A stretch of 64,000 nucleotides of DNA from Eledone cirrhosa. Taxonomy: Eukaryota. The notes beneath the pieces are model-generated. The model made no database searches. It saw only the letters and a program-made list of their open reading frames with translations, and was not told the DNA's origin. Location of the stretch: the NCBI GenBank assembly GCA_964016885.1, contig OZ024757.1, positions 33,418,001-33,482,000 on the forward strand. The letters are read 5' to 3'. Within the stretch, counting starts at the first letter, position 1, and each line of letters starts with the position of its first letter. The position numbers and the translations under genes were made by a program. Below, one piece after another: positions 13,564 to 27,653 of this stretch.

Positions 13564-14578
13564 TATATATACCCATAATTATCTATCATGTTTATATATT
13601 ATCTATATATGTCGTATATATGTATATATATATACAAGAAGAAGAAGAAGAGATACTGAACTACATTATTTAGTGAGTTTCCATATATTTAGGATAGTAG
13701 GGTGTCTTTTGTAGGACATTGAGGGATATTTGACTCTTATTTCTAGCTGGTTGGGTGACCACTTAGAGGCTCAATCGGTGGTTCCTTTTTGTTATCAAGA
13801 TGTTCATGTTGTTTAGCCCTAGGTCTGGCTAGGCTCCGACAGATCTTGGAGCAGAAGCCTTCTATGCCTGGACCAACATAGTCTTTTTTTTTTTTGCAGG
13901 CACTGAACTAGATTATTCAATGAGTTCTTCCTTTATTTAAGATGGTAGAGTGTGGTTTGAAGGATATTTGACTATTATTTCTAGCGAAGTAGATGACCAT
14001 GAAGAGACAGTCCCTGTTATATCAAACACAGTAATGTCTATGTTTTATTAAACACTGAATTCTTTAGGAATTACTCAGCAAAATAGGAAGTAATGACTCC
14101 CTCCATTTGATGAATATAGGAAATAGTTTATATCAATATCAAATGATTAAAAAGTTTTCTTCGCAATCACCAGTTCAACCTCTCACTCCATGTCTTCATG
14201 AGCAAGTGACTTTACCATAGGCCCAGGATGGCCAAAGCTTTGGAGTGAAATTGGATAGCCAGAAACTGTTTGGAAGCCTGATGGATTCATTGCATCTGTA
14301 ATTCAAAGGGTCAGGTCTGTCCATTGCCAGATTTACCATTGTGCTAAGGTGTGCTTCAGCACAGGGCTCTGTTGGCCAAGGTGGGTGGGTGGTGTAATCT
14401 CCCCCCCCCCCCATTTTTTACCTCCTTCTGGGTCCAAGTAAGGGGCCTCATAATTTAACTAGCACAGGGCTTCATTTGTCCAAAATTCAGCACTGTATAC
14501 CATAGGCCCAGGATGGCCAAAACTTTGGAGTGAAATTGAGTAGACAGAAACTGGTTGAAAGCCTATTGGTTTCATTGC
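13056..14578 (+). repeat. Segmental duplication, copy 2 of 3568-5098
   Basis: Colinear near-identity. Confidence 0.9.
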
Positions 14579-14762
14579 AAGGAAGATGTTTCTGTGTATT
14601 TAGATATATTTTGGCCATCCTGGGCCTATGGTATACAGTGCTGGATTTTGGACAAATGAAGCCCTGTGCTAGTTAAATTATGAGGCCCCTTACTTGGACC
14701 CAGAAGGAGGTAAAAAATGGGGAGGGGGGAGAAAGATTACACCACCCAACCACCTTGGCCAA
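14372..14762. repeat. ~150-bp-arm inverted repeat (14372-14523 / 14609-14762)
   Basis: ataccataggcccaggatggccaaaa vs ttttggccatcctgggcctatggtat, extending to ggccaaggtgg / ccaccttggcc. Confidence 0.9.
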
Positions 14763-15053
14763 ACGCTGTGACGAATGGGGGGATGGAGGAGGAGGAGTAG
14801 AGAACCACTTCGTCACTTCACCTCTCTGTTTCTTTCTCTCTCCTCTCACTCCCTCATTATGTACAGCCATTGGCCACTTCACTAATTCGATCCCTAGGAC
14901 TAAATAATTCGAACATTCTTTTGCTCAAAATACTCACAGGGCCATACGTATTACATGTGTAAAGTTTGAAAAATACGGTTGGGTACTTCTCGAGTTTTAG
15001 GGAAACAAATACACAGACATTCTTTGTTTTATATATATATAGATATACATACG

Positions 15054-15107
<54 letters not shown>

Positions 15108-15110
15108 CGT

Positions 15111-15143
<33 letters not shown>

Positions 15144-15150
15144 CATACGT

Positions 15151-15205
<55 letters not shown>

Positions 15206-15208
15206 CGT

Positions 15209-15279
<71 letters not shown>

Positions 15280-15673
15280 TATATATATATATACATATGT
15301 ACACACATATATATATATACATACGTACACACACACACATATATATATACATACATACACACACATATATATATATACATACACACACGCACACACATAT
15401 ATATACATACATACACACACGCACACACATATATATACATACATACACACACACATATACACGCACACAAGAATGTAAGGCTTTATCGGTGATATCTTAT
15501 CAATGTCCATCAACAAGTTTTCAGTTCAGATAAACACACACACACACACTCATACACACACATATTACTTCACATACACACATTATTTATAGTTACACTT
15601 CTTGAAATGACGTCACAGTATTAAAAGATTGATACCCCCCTATATATATATATATATATCATCATCAGCATTA

Positions 15674-16734
15674 TCTATAAAAGGCAGATTGTTGTTGTTG
15701 TTGTTGTTGTGTGCATGTTCCATGTTTTTACATTTGCACAATTTCAAACCGATTCGACTCAACGTCTCTAAAAATGTTGTAAATGGTCTAACTTAGGTCA
15801 ACGACTATTTATTTCATTCACACTCACCCACAATAACGGAAATAATCGATAAAACTAAATACATGGCGCTTTACCCTCTAATAGAATCTGATTACCTCTT
15901 TCTACTCCCCTTAAACTTTAAGAGAGAGAGAGGGAGAGGGAGAGAGAAAGAGAACGTTTGTTTTTGAGTGTGGAACGGTCAAATATTTATTTACTTCAAT
16001 GACAAAGAGAACTTACTACATTTCATACGAAACAACAATTATTCAAAAGCAACAGATAAATTTATTCAACAACAAAAAAAATAGCGATAAATCTTTTTTA
16101 AAACATCTCTAAACGAACGTGGAAGAAAGAAGTATCAGTTCATTTACTATACACAATAATATCCTCTATGAGGTCACTAAACCTGCTAGAAACAGCAACT
16201 AACTCTCCCCCATATCACACCACTCCCTACTGTCTTAAATTTAGAAAACACATATCCTTTATGAGGTCACTAAACCTGTTAGAAACAACAGCCAACTCTC
16301 CTCCATATCACACCCCTCCCTACCGTCTTAAATTTAGAAAACACATATCCTTTATGAGGTCACTAAACCTGTTAGAAACAACAGCTAACTCTCCTCCATA
16401 TCACACCCCTCCCTACCGTCTTAAATTTAGAAAACACACATTAGACAACCATGCAGAACAACTCCATTGCAGCTCTGTTGTTCGTCTGGCATCGTCTACG
16501 CGCGTGTTGCGCAAGTACTGTGAAACAATAAATTTCAACACTTCTTTGCACAGAGATAATATCCATAGGCGAAACTACAATTGTAACTGCTGGCGCAGCT
16601 CCTGCTTCGGCAGTCCAGGTCTGCAATTCATTCACCCAATGCCTGGCAGACAAAAAAGTGCTGCCATAAAATGGGTGGTGCAACCTAACTTTGGTAACTT
16701 ACTGACCCCGAGCAACGCCGGGCTTTAATGCTAG
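15674..16734 (+). mobile_element. Non-autonomous Helitron
   Basis: 5' A|TCTATAAAAGGCAG followed by a microsatellite; 3' GC hairpin CCCGAGCAACGCCGGG 8 nt before CTAG|T; consistent with an AT target. Confidence 0.75.
16159..16438 (+). repeat. Three tandem 93-bp copies of a SINE-tail-like sequence inside the Helitron
   Basis: atgaggtcactaaacctg at 16168, 16261 and 16354. Confidence 0.9.
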
Positions 16735-16796
16735 TATATATATATATATATTACATTTTACATACATATATATATGTATATATATATATATATGTA

Positions 16797-16881
<85 letters not shown>

Positions 16882-16886
16882 GTATG

Positions 16887-16919
<33 letters not shown>

Positions 16920-17099
16920 GTATGTATATATATGTATATATATATGTATATATGTATGTATATATATATATATACATATATATATATAAATACATATGTA
17001 TTGTTACACATACACACACACACATATATACATATATAAATATAAATCTTAATATATAAATACACACACACGCGCACACACGCGCGCACACACACACAC

Positions 17100-17166
<67 letters not shown>

Positions 17167-17404
17167 CACACACACACATTATGGGTTCCATTACTCCTAC
17201 ACTCTCTCTACCACTTCCACAGCTATAATCAAGTGTTTATCTCTACAACACACACACCAGAGATATTATGACATTATACACTCAACACTGACCAATCTAC
17301 TTTGACCACTGGTCATAATCTGTGCCAAAGGTCACTCGTTACCATACTGAAATCTAAAGTTACATCTCGTTAGATTTCTACTCATTATTTTTTGCGAAAT
17401 ATCA

Positions 17405-17717
17405 AGGCGGAGAGCTGGAAGAATTGTTAGAGCGTCAGACAAATTTCCTTAAATATTCTGTTTGTAGCCGATTGAATGTGAAGGCGCGTGGCCTTGTGGT
17501 TAGAGCGTTGGGCTTGCAATTGTGAGGGGCGGTGGATTGGCAGTATTGGTAGAGGGTCGGATACTATGCTTCACAGCATAGAGTTACGGCTCTTTACGGT
17601 CTGAGTTCAAATCTCGCCGAGGTTAGCTTCGCCTTTCATCCTTACGGAGTCGATTAAATAAAGTACCAGTAATGCACTGAGGAAATTGATGGCCTTGTGC
17701 CAAAAGTAGAAACAATT
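17405..17717 (+). mobile_element. Stacked tRNA-derived SINE heads plus a full SINE (~17527-17717)
   Basis: A-box-like tggcagtattggtagag and B-box-like gagttcaaatctc; tail ggccttgtgccaaaagtagaaacaat. Confidence 0.8.
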
Positions 17718-17761
17718 GTGAGTTGTGAGTTTTACTTTACGTTGCTCCAGCAGACCTACCC

Positions 17762-18295
17762 TTTCTTCTTCTTCTTCTTCTTCTTCTTCTTCTTCTTCTT
17801 CTTCTTCTTCTTCTTCCTGAGAGGGTCGTGAAGGCAGAGTCCTCAAACAATCCCTCCAGTGAGTCCTGTCAGAAGCAACCGCCTCCAACTGATCTGGCTA
17901 GATCCCCAAGCGAGACCAGCCAAGCTCATGGATGTTATCCAGCCATCTTGCTCAGGGTCTACTCCTGGGTCTCCTACCTGTTGGTTTCGCCCGTAAAATC
18001 TTTTCAGCGATTCTTCCCTAAGACATTCTAACCACATGTCCATCGTATCAGAGCTGTGATCTCTCAAACCTGAAGTGACTCTCTGATCTCCGGATTACGT
18101 ACTTTATCGAGTAACCTTACTCCAAAGACCCTTCGGAGGAATCCCATTTTGGCTGCTTGTAGTCGCGATCGTATTCTTTCAGTCATTACCCAAGATTCAT
18201 GACCATAGGTAAGGGCTGGCACGAAAACCGAATTGAAGACAACGAGTTTGGCTTTTACACCTGCCTACCTTCTGATTACTGAATGCTGAAGCTGG
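17762..18295 (-). mobile_element. RTE-clade LINE 3' end with (GAA)n tail
   Basis: Same family as 24340-24689; GRPR..WLDN..LAW..SDRTHWRDCLRTLPSRP then (GAA)n. Confidence 0.8.
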
Positions 18296-18528
18296 CGCAT
18301 TACTGCACCAGCTTTTGCCAACCTCTAAAAACTCAAACGGGAATTCCATGGAAAAAGTGCCCCAAAACTTGAGGCAAAAACAGAAATGAGGCAAAATAGG
18401 GAGGAGATTTTACACAATAAAAGCTATACCCATTTTCACAAGAGAAGACATGTTTAGATCACTCCAAAGTGGGTGGGAGATCTTCCAAGGGAGTGTTGAC
18501 AGTCTGCTCCAGTTCACTCAGCTGGAAA

Positions 18529-18896
18529 AGATGAGTCCCGAAGTCACTAGTGCCAAGCTGTATCGGTGCCAAGCTGTATCAGATGAGTCCCGAAGTCACT
18601 AGTGCCAAGCTGTATTGGTGCCAAGCTGTATCAGATGAGTCCCGAAGTCACTAGTGCCAAGCTGTATCAGATGAGTCCCGAAGTCACTAGTGCCAAGCTG
18701 TATCGGTGCCAAGCTGTATCAGATGAGTCCCGAAGTCACTAGTGCCAAGCTGTATCGGTGCCAAGCTGTATCAGATGAGTCCCGAAGTCACTAGTGCCAA
18801 GCTGTATCGGTGCCAAGCTGTATCAGATGAGTCCCGAAGTCACTAGTACCAAGCTGTATCAGATGAGTCCCGAAGTCACTAGTACCAAGCTGTATC
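18529..18896. repeat. Two-unit minisatellite (A=36 bp, B=16 bp) in order AB AB A AB AB AB A A
   Basis: A=agatgagtcccgaagtcactagtgccaagctgtatc, B=ggtgccaagctgtatc. Confidence 0.95.
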
Positions 18897-19036
18897 GGCT
18901 TTTGCCATCATATATAATATCGGCTCTTGGACATCATATATAATATTTATATAATGTGTATGTAATGTATATGTAGTGTATAAATAGTATATACAATGTA
19001 TATATTGTGAATACAGTGTATATATATAGTGTATAC

Positions 19037-19275
19037 TAGGCTTGTCAAACATGCGGTCTGCGGCCCTTTACAAGCACACCTGCGGCCCACACAAAGGCTT
19101 TTACAGCGTGAGCATGTTTTATCTTCGTAATATAAAATTTAAAAAATTAGTTGTAATGTACGGAATTAGTTGTCGTGTGTGGCCCTCAGACAATACATAT
19201 GTGACCGATGTGGCCCTCAGACAACACATATGGGACCGATGTGCCCCTCGGAGGACACTCAGTTTGACATGCCTG
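19037..19275. mobile_element. hAT-superfamily MITE
   Basis: TIRs TAGGCTTGTCAAAC / GTTTGACATGCCTG with a perfect 8-bp TSD GTGTATAC on both sides. Confidence 0.9.
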
Positions 19276-19424
19276 GTGTATACGATGTATATATCGTGAA
19301 TACAGTGTATATATTGTGTATATAATAGTTGTGAGTTGACAGGTCTGCATAGCAGCTCTGGCCACCATTTTCTCTAACTTTAGGGATATTTTATCCGATT
19401 TTCTAAGCTATTATTTATAGCGAT

Positions 19425-19583
19425 CGGTGAATTGGCAGTATCGGTAGAGGGTCGGACGCCATGCTTTGCAGCAAAGAGTTACGGCCCTTTATGGTCTGAG
19501 TTCAAATCCCGCTGAGGTTAACTTTGCCTTTCATCCTTACAGGGTCGTAATTGCTGGCCTTGTGCCAAAAGTAGAAACAATTA
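19425..19583 (+). mobile_element. tRNA-derived SINE
   Basis: Same family as 21317-21510. Confidence 0.85.
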
Positions 19584-19636
19584 TTTATAGCAATCGACTG
19601 TAGTTATTTACAGATATTTCATGGGTTTGTGATTCG

Positions 19637-19699
19637 TTACATTTCCCAAGAATTCATTAGTTTTGCGAAATCTACCGTATGTTCTTTCGCAACAAATTC
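19637..19699 (-). CDS. Possible terminal coding exon of an unidentified - strand gene (EFVAKEHTVDFAKLMNSWEM*)
   Basis: Acceptor atttttcttatcgttgctcgcag; phase-0 frame open to TAA; no homology recognised. Confidence 0.2.
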   Translation of the reverse strand, partial: EFVAKEHTVDFAKLMNSWEM

Positions 19700-20007
19700 C
19701 TGCGAGCAACGATAAGAAAAATCTGTATTAAGTATCTACCTTGTTAGTTTTCTGTTTCAATAGAGCAACAAGCAGCCACTCATATATCTTCATAATCACC
19801 TTAAATGTTCCTCCAATTATAACTAATCACTCTTTTTTTGGTATTTTATTTTATTTGATATATTTTCAACGTGAAATACTGCCGGCGGCGGAAGCGGGAT
19901 ATCTTAAATGATGAGGATTATGGATCCTTCGTCGGTTTTCACGATGAACATTCAAGTCCTTCGATACTGTAATATATCTTTTTTTTTTTTACAAGGTTCT
20001 GACTTGT

Positions 20008-20008
20008 T

Positions 20009-20105
<97 letters not shown>

Positions 20106-20178
20106 CTCTCCCCCCCCCTCTCTCTCTTTCTCTCTCTCTCTCCCACTCTTTCTCTGTCTGTCTGTCTCTCTCTCTGTC

Positions 20179-20226
<48 letters not shown>

Positions 20227-21110
20227 CATACACACACACAACCACATAGGCATACACAGACATACACACACATTGACACGCACACACAGACAAACACATA
20301 CATACAACATACACAGACATGCACACACACACATACACATACACACACGCACGCAGACATACACACACGTATATACACATGGGCACACACACAGACCTAC
20401 CCATAGACACGCACTCGCAGACAAACACACACATACACAAACACATAAACACATACACAGATACGCATGCACACAGACATACACACACGTATATAGACAC
20501 ATGGGCACACACACACACACACACACACCTAGATACCCCCACACACAGACACACACACATAAACCTACATAAAAACAGACCCCCTCCTACACACACTGAC
20601 ACAGACCTACCCACACGGGGACACACGCATACATACCCATTGATACGCACTCACAGACAAACACACACATACACAAACACATACGCACAGACACACACAC
20701 ACAACGCACACACACACGCATATACACATGAGTAAACACACACATACATCTAGAGACCCACATACCCAGAACCCATCACACATACACAGACACACAAAGT
20801 ACCCTTACAAATAACCCCCCCCCCCCCACATACACACACAGGCCCCTCCACATACACAGACACACAAACAGACCCCTCACACACAATCAGACCCCTCACA
20901 CACATATACAGACACACAAAAATACCCCTACACACACTGACACAGACCTACCTACATCACTGACACAAACCCACGCACACGGACATACACAAACAGACCC
21001 ACCGACACGGACACACACACAAACCCACCCATACAGACACATACACAAACCCACCCATACATACACACTCACAGACCCACGTACATACACATACACCCCA
21101 ACCCTCACAC
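20008..21110. repeat. (TCTG)n, (TC)n and degenerate (CA)n low-complexity tract
   Basis: Direct. Confidence 0.9.
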
Positions 21111-21316
21111 TAGCTAGCTAACTACCGTGCCTATTTATAGCTACCAGCATTGAACCATACGAAATGTTTCAAGTGTTTTAGTGTTAAGTCGTTAAGTGCA
21201 GTAGTAGATATGTGGACATTTACTCCCAGGTCTTGAATAATCACCCCCGCGCCCCCGCTTATTAATTTTTCAGATTTTCTTCCAGCCCTTCGCCTCGCTT
21301 ATTAAATTTTGCCAAT

Positions 21317-21778
21317 GGCGGTGGATTGGCAGTATCGGTAGAGGGTCGGGCGCCATGCTTTCCAGCATAGTTACTTCCCTTTACAATCTGAGTTCAAATC
21401 CCGCCGAGGTTGACTTTACCTTTCATCCTTACGGGGTCGGGGTCGATAAAATAAAGTACCAGTAATACACTGGGTAATTGCTGGCCTTGTGCCTAAAGTA
21501 GAAACAATTAAATTTTGCCAATCTATCCCCGGCGAAATTTCATTGTAAGTGATTCATATCGATACAGCAGCTGGAGAATATAATAATTGTTTCTACTTTT
21601 GGCACAAGGCCAGCAATACCAATCATCCAGTGCATTACTGGTACTTTATTTAATCGACCTTGTAAGGATGAAAGGCAAAGCTAACCTGGGCGAGATTTGA
21701 ACTCAGAACGTAAAGGGCCATAACTCTATGCCGAAAAGCATGGTGTCTGAGCTCTACCGATACTGCCAATCCACCATC
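21317..21778. mobile_element. Tail-to-tail pair of full-length tRNA-derived SINEs (21317-21510 +, 21585-21778 -)
   Basis: Both have the ggtggattggcagtatcggtagag head, gagttcaaatc B-box and gtagaaacaatta tail. Confidence 0.88.
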
Positions 21779-22789
21779 TAATAATAATTATATATATATA
21801 TGACAAAAAAAAAGGACATTACAAGAAATCCCATATTTATGAATGTACACTATACAATTACCGATTCCCCCGTTTATTCCCTAACCCCAGCTCATAAGAA
21901 TTTAAGCAAATGTCATCACCCCCCCCCCCCCCACCGCTTATTCCAACCCCCAGTGCCGGATTTAGGACAAATGAGGCGCTGTGCTAGTTAAATTTTGAGG
22001 CCCTTTACTTGGGACCGTGAAGGAGGTGAGCCCGGTAGGCCTACACAGGCAGCCAGGAAGATGGGCCTCACCCCGGGCCCTGTACTTAAGCACATCTTTT
22101 TACAATGGTAAACCTAGCATTGCCAAACCCCCATTACTTGGAACCCGAGAGTAAGCGGTCTGAAAAAACTGGTTCTTTATTGAATTGGTCACCAACAACC
22201 CTTTTGCATGCTTGCATGATCCCGTAACACATGTGAGAGTTGTAAGGGCGCTGTATTGACATATGGCGTTTCAGGGGAACTGAAAAATACTTCGTGGAGA
22301 CCATCTCCTCTCTAAGTCTGAATACAGCAGATTTCTTCCAGAGAAGGATAGAGAGTGAGAGAATGTTAGTGAGAAAGAGATATAGAGGAAGAATCGACCT
22401 CTGTACTAGATTGGTATATTTTTTTATCGACCTTAAATGGATGAAAGGCAAAACTAACCTCGAGAAAATCTGAACGCAAAGAGCAGAGAGCCGAAACAAA
22501 TACCGCAAATCATTCTATCTGACGTTCTAACGACTCTGCCAATTCGCCGCCATAGAACAAACTTTATATCCACCAACTAAGCATACGATGAAAATCTATC
22601 CTCGAGTATATTATCAGATAAGAAAGAGGACATTTAATACTATTTTGTCTCTATTACAGCTACTTTATCTACAAATGTTTTCGTAACTAAAATAGATATA
22701 TAGAAAAAAAAAGGAGGGAGAGCAGGAAAGACCCATACATTCATTCATACACCACAACAAGGGGCATTGAAGTCACCTTTTAATTATTT

Positions 22790-22950
22790 TTGAGGCAAGC
22801 CAACACACTTGCAGCATTGCCGCCAGTGATAGCGAGGCTAAGACGCTGTAATAGCCAAACATCCCTATCATGAGCATCAACTGAGTCTGAACTAGCACCG
22901 GATTAAAGCAACGAAGCGGCCCTGAGCTACAGAACATTTGAGGCCATTAA
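22790..22950 (-). mobile_element. CRE-like REL 3' fragment
   Basis: Minus translation DVWLLQRLSLAITGGNAASVLACL. Confidence 0.65.
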
Positions 22951-23289
22951 CTTATCTACCCTGCAAGAAACTGTAATGTAAACGAATCTAAGCCGAATCT
23001 ACGCATAACATGATGCTAAAATTTCAACATCAATCCATCCATGCTTATCTCTAAAACTGAGATGACACACAAAGACAATGTTATGTATTTAATAACACTT
23101 ATAATATTCTAAGTACTCTTGACTTGACAATTGATGTAATTGGTCTAAGTTTGGTAATGTTGAACAGCTCACTGATACAAATACGGTCGCTGAGCCGCTT
23201 GCCAGTCATGTCTCATGATGTGGTTCTGGAATGTAGAGAGCTTCTGAAGTGACCTTGTCGTCTAATTAACACAGTCAAGAGTACTCAAA

Positions 23290-23520
23290 CTATACGGCCA
23301 TATAAAAAGATCAACTCGTGGTGTGAATAGGTTATGCCTAGAAGGAAGGTTAGCTGGTAAGAGAAGCAGAGGCCGGCAGCCAAAACGATGGCTTGACAAT
23401 GTCAACTTATGGACTGGACTTGATCTTTGAACTTTGCTGCTGGTGATCGAACTTTATGGAGAGAGATATTACATATTAATGCGCAGTCTGCAACTGGCGG
23501 AGTTTAGCGTCACAAGAATA
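23290..23520 (+). mobile_element. RTE/BovB-like LINE 3' fragment
   Basis: YGHIKRS...LEGRLAGKRSRGRQPKRWLDNV..WTG...DRTLWR. Confidence 0.8.
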
Positions 23521-24339
23521 ATAATATTCTAAATTTTGACTACATCATGTTTCATAAAGGTAGCGAATTGGTAGAGTCGTTAAAACGCCGGTCAGAATGC
23601 TTTGCGGTATTCGTTTGTTTCAGCTCTCTGCTCTCTGTGAATCACAGGTACAGTCAATCCGACAGGCTTCCAAACAGTTTCTATCTACCCAATTTCATTC
23701 ACAAGTCATGGGTTGACTAGAGGCAGTGGTAAATGACAATGGTCAAGGGGTCAGGCATTGGGATTGAACCCAGAACCTCATGATTACACAGTGAACTCCT
23801 TAACCATTTTCCCATACTACAGTCAGATATAAGGCGGCAAATTGGCAGAGCCGTTAGAACATCAGATAGAATGCTTTGCGGTATTCGTTTTGGCTGTCTG
23901 CTCTCTGAATTCAAATCCCGCCGAGATCAACTTTGCCTTTCAACTATTTGAGGACGATAAAAAATATACCAGTGAAGTACTGGGGGTTCGATTTTCCCTC
24001 TATATCTCTTTCTCACTTCCATTCTCTCATTCTGCTGTATTCAGACCCGGAGAGGAGATGGACTCCGCCAGGTTTTAAAATGCCTTAGAAAAGGTGTCTG
24101 TTAACGTGGCGTCCCTACGACAACCTCAGGTGTTACGGCACCATACGTGCAATGTTTCATAGCTATATTCTATATTTTAGGGTACATTTTTACCATTACA
24201 CCCGTCTCACTTTGGAGGTAAAATTTATGTTTTTTTAAAAAGATTTATGATGTGTTTTGAACAAATATGGAGTTTCAAAACTGCTGGAAATACTTCTATT
24301 TTTTTTTTAGTTACCTATTTTAATAAATATTTTAAACAG

Positions 24340-24689
24340 AATTGAGAGATCACAGCTCCGATACTAGGGCATGTGGTTAGAATGTCTCAGGAAAGAATCG
24401 ATGGACAAATTTTACAGGCAAAACCAACCGACAGGAGACCCAGGGGTAGACCCCGAGCAAGATGGTTGGATAACAGACACGGGCTCGGCTGGTCATGCTT
24501 AGGGATCCAGCCGGATCAGTTGGAGACGGTTCCTTCTGACAGGACCCACTGGAGGGAGTGTTTGAGGACTCTGACCTTAGGACACTCTCGGGAATAAGTG
24601 GGCGTAGGAGAAGAAGAAGAAGAAGAAGAAGAAGAAGAAGAAGAAGAAGAAGAAGAAGAAGAAGAAGAAGAAGAAGAAGAAGAAGAAGA
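24340..24689 (+). mobile_element. RTE-clade LINE 3' end with (GAA)n tail
   Basis: ORF 24373-24597: GHVVRMSQER..QIL.AKPT.RRPRGRPRARWLD..DRTHWR; (GAA)n tail 24608-24689. Confidence 0.85.
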
Positions 24690-24739
24690 CAATTGACCAC
24701 TCTCAGGTATGCTTCTTCCAAAATACCTGTTAAGAATGC

Positions 24740-25620
24740 TGGTGTTTTATAGACGTAGCATAGGGCAGTGTACCACACTCTATGTTCTGTAGATGTAATA
24801 TAAGAGCTGTAATATAAGAGCACTCTACTCTTCTGTATCTAAACATGTTCTACAGACGCAGTGTATAGTAAGGTCCCCCACTTTATCTTTCTAAACATGT
24901 TATATAGACGTGATATAAAACAGTGTACCTTCTATATTTAAACATGTTAAAGCACCCTAAACATGTTCTATAGACGTGGTATAGAACAGTGTACCCCACT
25001 ATCTAAACATGTTCTATAGGTGTAGTATAGAGTAGTGTGCCACACTCTATCTATTTAAATGTTTTATAAACGTAATATATAGTTATATACCCAACTCTAT
25101 CTAAACCTGTTCTATAGACGTGGTATAGAGCAGTGTATCCCACTTTATATATCTAAACATGTTCTGTAGACGTAGTATAGAGTAGTGTACCCCACTCTAT
25201 TTAAACATGTTCTATAGACGTAGTATAGAGCAGTGTACCCCACTCTATTAAAACCTGTTTTATAGACGTAGTATAGAGCAGTAAACCCTACTCTATCTAT
25301 TTAAATATGTTCTATAAACGTAGTATATAGTTATATACCCTACTCTATTTAAACATGTTCTATAGACGTAGTATAGAGCAGTGTACCCCACTCTATTTAA
25401 ACCTGTTTTATAGACGTAGTATAGAGTAGCATACCCCACTCTATCTAAACACGTTTTATAGACGTAGTATATAGTTATATACCCCATTCTATCTATACCT
25501 ATTCTATAGACGTAGTATAGTGCAGTATACCCCACTCTATCTATCTAAACATGTTCTATAGACGTAGTACACAGTATTGAACCCTGCTATATACTATAAT
25601 AGAAGTTGTACCCTAACTCT
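24740..25620. repeat. ~48-52-bp minisatellite (aaacatgttctatagacgtagtatagagcagtgtaccccactctatct)
   Basis: About 16 degenerate tandem copies, most homogeneous at 25100-25560. Confidence 0.9.
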
Positions 25621-25729
25621 ACTGCATCTATAGTAGTAGAATAGTATAGTATAATACGGTACCCCCACCCCAGAGCGCTCTAAAATCGCCAGTCTGTGGT
25701 AAACTAATCCCTCGAAACACGTGACTTAC

Positions 25730-25807
25730 CAATTCCGTTTGCTGCTGGCTGCCATGACGACTGCTGGCTTCTTCAGGCTTCTGCTGTTCTTTAGATTCCA
25801 CGTTCAG
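25730..25807 (-). CDS. Candidate internal exon of an unidentified - strand gene (LNVESKEQQKPEEASSRHGSQQQTEL)
   Basis: Pyrimidine-rich acceptor ending gtcag, perfect donor TG|GTAAGT, 78 nt with only phase 0 open. Confidence 0.45.
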
Positions 25808-25879
25808 CTGACGTTCAACAGAATTGGCAAGGCGGAGTGAGGGAGGAAGGGAGTAAGGGGGGGGGATTTGCTTCCACCC

Positions 25880-25944
25880 CACCCACACCCCACCGCAACC
25901 ACCTCCACCATCATCAGCATCATCAACATCATCAACACCATCAT

Positions 25945-26011
<67 letters not shown>

Positions 26012-27118
26012 GCTACTACTACTCCCACCTTACCATCACCACCGCCATCACTATCGTCACCATCAACTACTACCTCCACCACCATCACCACCACCACTAC
26101 CGTCACCATCAACTACCACCATCACCACCACTATTGTCACCACCTCCACCATCACAATCACCACCACCACCACCACCACCACCACCACCACAATCGTCAC
26201 CATCACCATCACCACCACCACCACCACCGCCACCACTACCACCACATTCGTCACCATCAACTACCTCCACCACCACCACCGAGAGCCCATTACCACCTCC
26301 ACCATCAACATTAACATCAATAAAACCACCGTCACCCCCACTCCCCATCACCCCCACTACTACAACCGAGACCCGAGTCCTCCCCAATCTCATCACCAGC
26401 ACCACCACCAGCACCACCACCACCATAACCACCACCACTACCACCACCACTACCACCATCACCAGCAGCAGCAGCAGCAGCAGCACAAGCAGCAGCAACA
26501 GCACAAGCAGCAGCAACTGTAGCACCACGACCACCACCATAACCACCACCACCACCACCACCACCACCACCACCACCAACATCATCATAACCACCACCAC
26601 CACCACCACCACCAACACCATCATCATCATAACCACCACCATAACCACCACCACCACCACCACCATAACCACCACCACCACCACCACCACCATAACCACC
26701 ACCAACACCATCATCATCATAACCACCACCATAACCACCACCACCACCACCACCACCATAACACCACCACCACCACCACCACCATAACACCACCGCAACC
26801 ACCACCACCACCCCCACCATAACACCACCACCACCACCACCACCACCACCATAACCATAACCACCACTAACACCACCACCACCACCACCACCACCACCAC
26901 CACAACCACCACCACCACCACCACCATAACATCACCACCACCACCACCACCACCACCACCATAACCACCACCACAACCACCACCACAACCACCACCACCA
27001 CCACCACCACCACCACCATAACACCACCACCACCACCACCACCACCACCACCACCACCACCATAACACCACCACCACCACCATAACACCACCACCACCAC
27101 CACCACCACCACCACCAA
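25880..27118. repeat. 1.2-kb (CAC)/(TAC)/(CAG) trinucleotide array
   Basis: Direct. Confidence 0.95.
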
Positions 27119-27123
27119 CTTGC

Positions 27124-27177
27124 CATCTCACAAACATCCTTCCGTCTGTATGTCTGTCTCTTCCTCACCAGAAAGTC
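27124..27177 (-). CDS. Candidate 54-nt exon (DFLVRKRQTYRRKDVCEM) with a GC donor
   Basis: Acceptor ttgtcctaacag, donor ATG|GCAAGT; a unique-sequence island between microsatellites; phase 0/0. Confidence 0.35.
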
Positions 27178-27425
27178 CTGTTAGGACAAGCTAAACGCAC
27201 GCACACACACGTACAGACATACATACACACACATATATATACACACACATATATATATATACATACACACATACAAACCCACACACACATATACACCCAC
27301 GTATACATACACCCACCCACACACTACACACACATATATATATATACATATATATATATACGCACATACACACATATACACATATATATATACACATACA
27401 CATACACACACACGCACACATATAT

Positions 27426-27470
<45 letters not shown>

Positions 27471-27492
27471 CACACATATATATATATACGCA

Positions 27493-27568
<76 letters not shown>

Positions 27569-27653
27569 TATATATATCCAAACACACATACACACATACA
27601 CACACAACATGGTGTGTACACATGCTTGTTGTCTATATATATTGCCGTCTTAC

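Noticed and set aside
18529-18896. CRISPR-like 36-bp repeat array
   Set aside because: Intervening units are identical sub-repeats rather than unique spacers; eukaryotic context with no cas genes
21317-21410. tRNA gene
   Set aside because: A/B-box-like head of a multi-copy SINE; no cloverleaf
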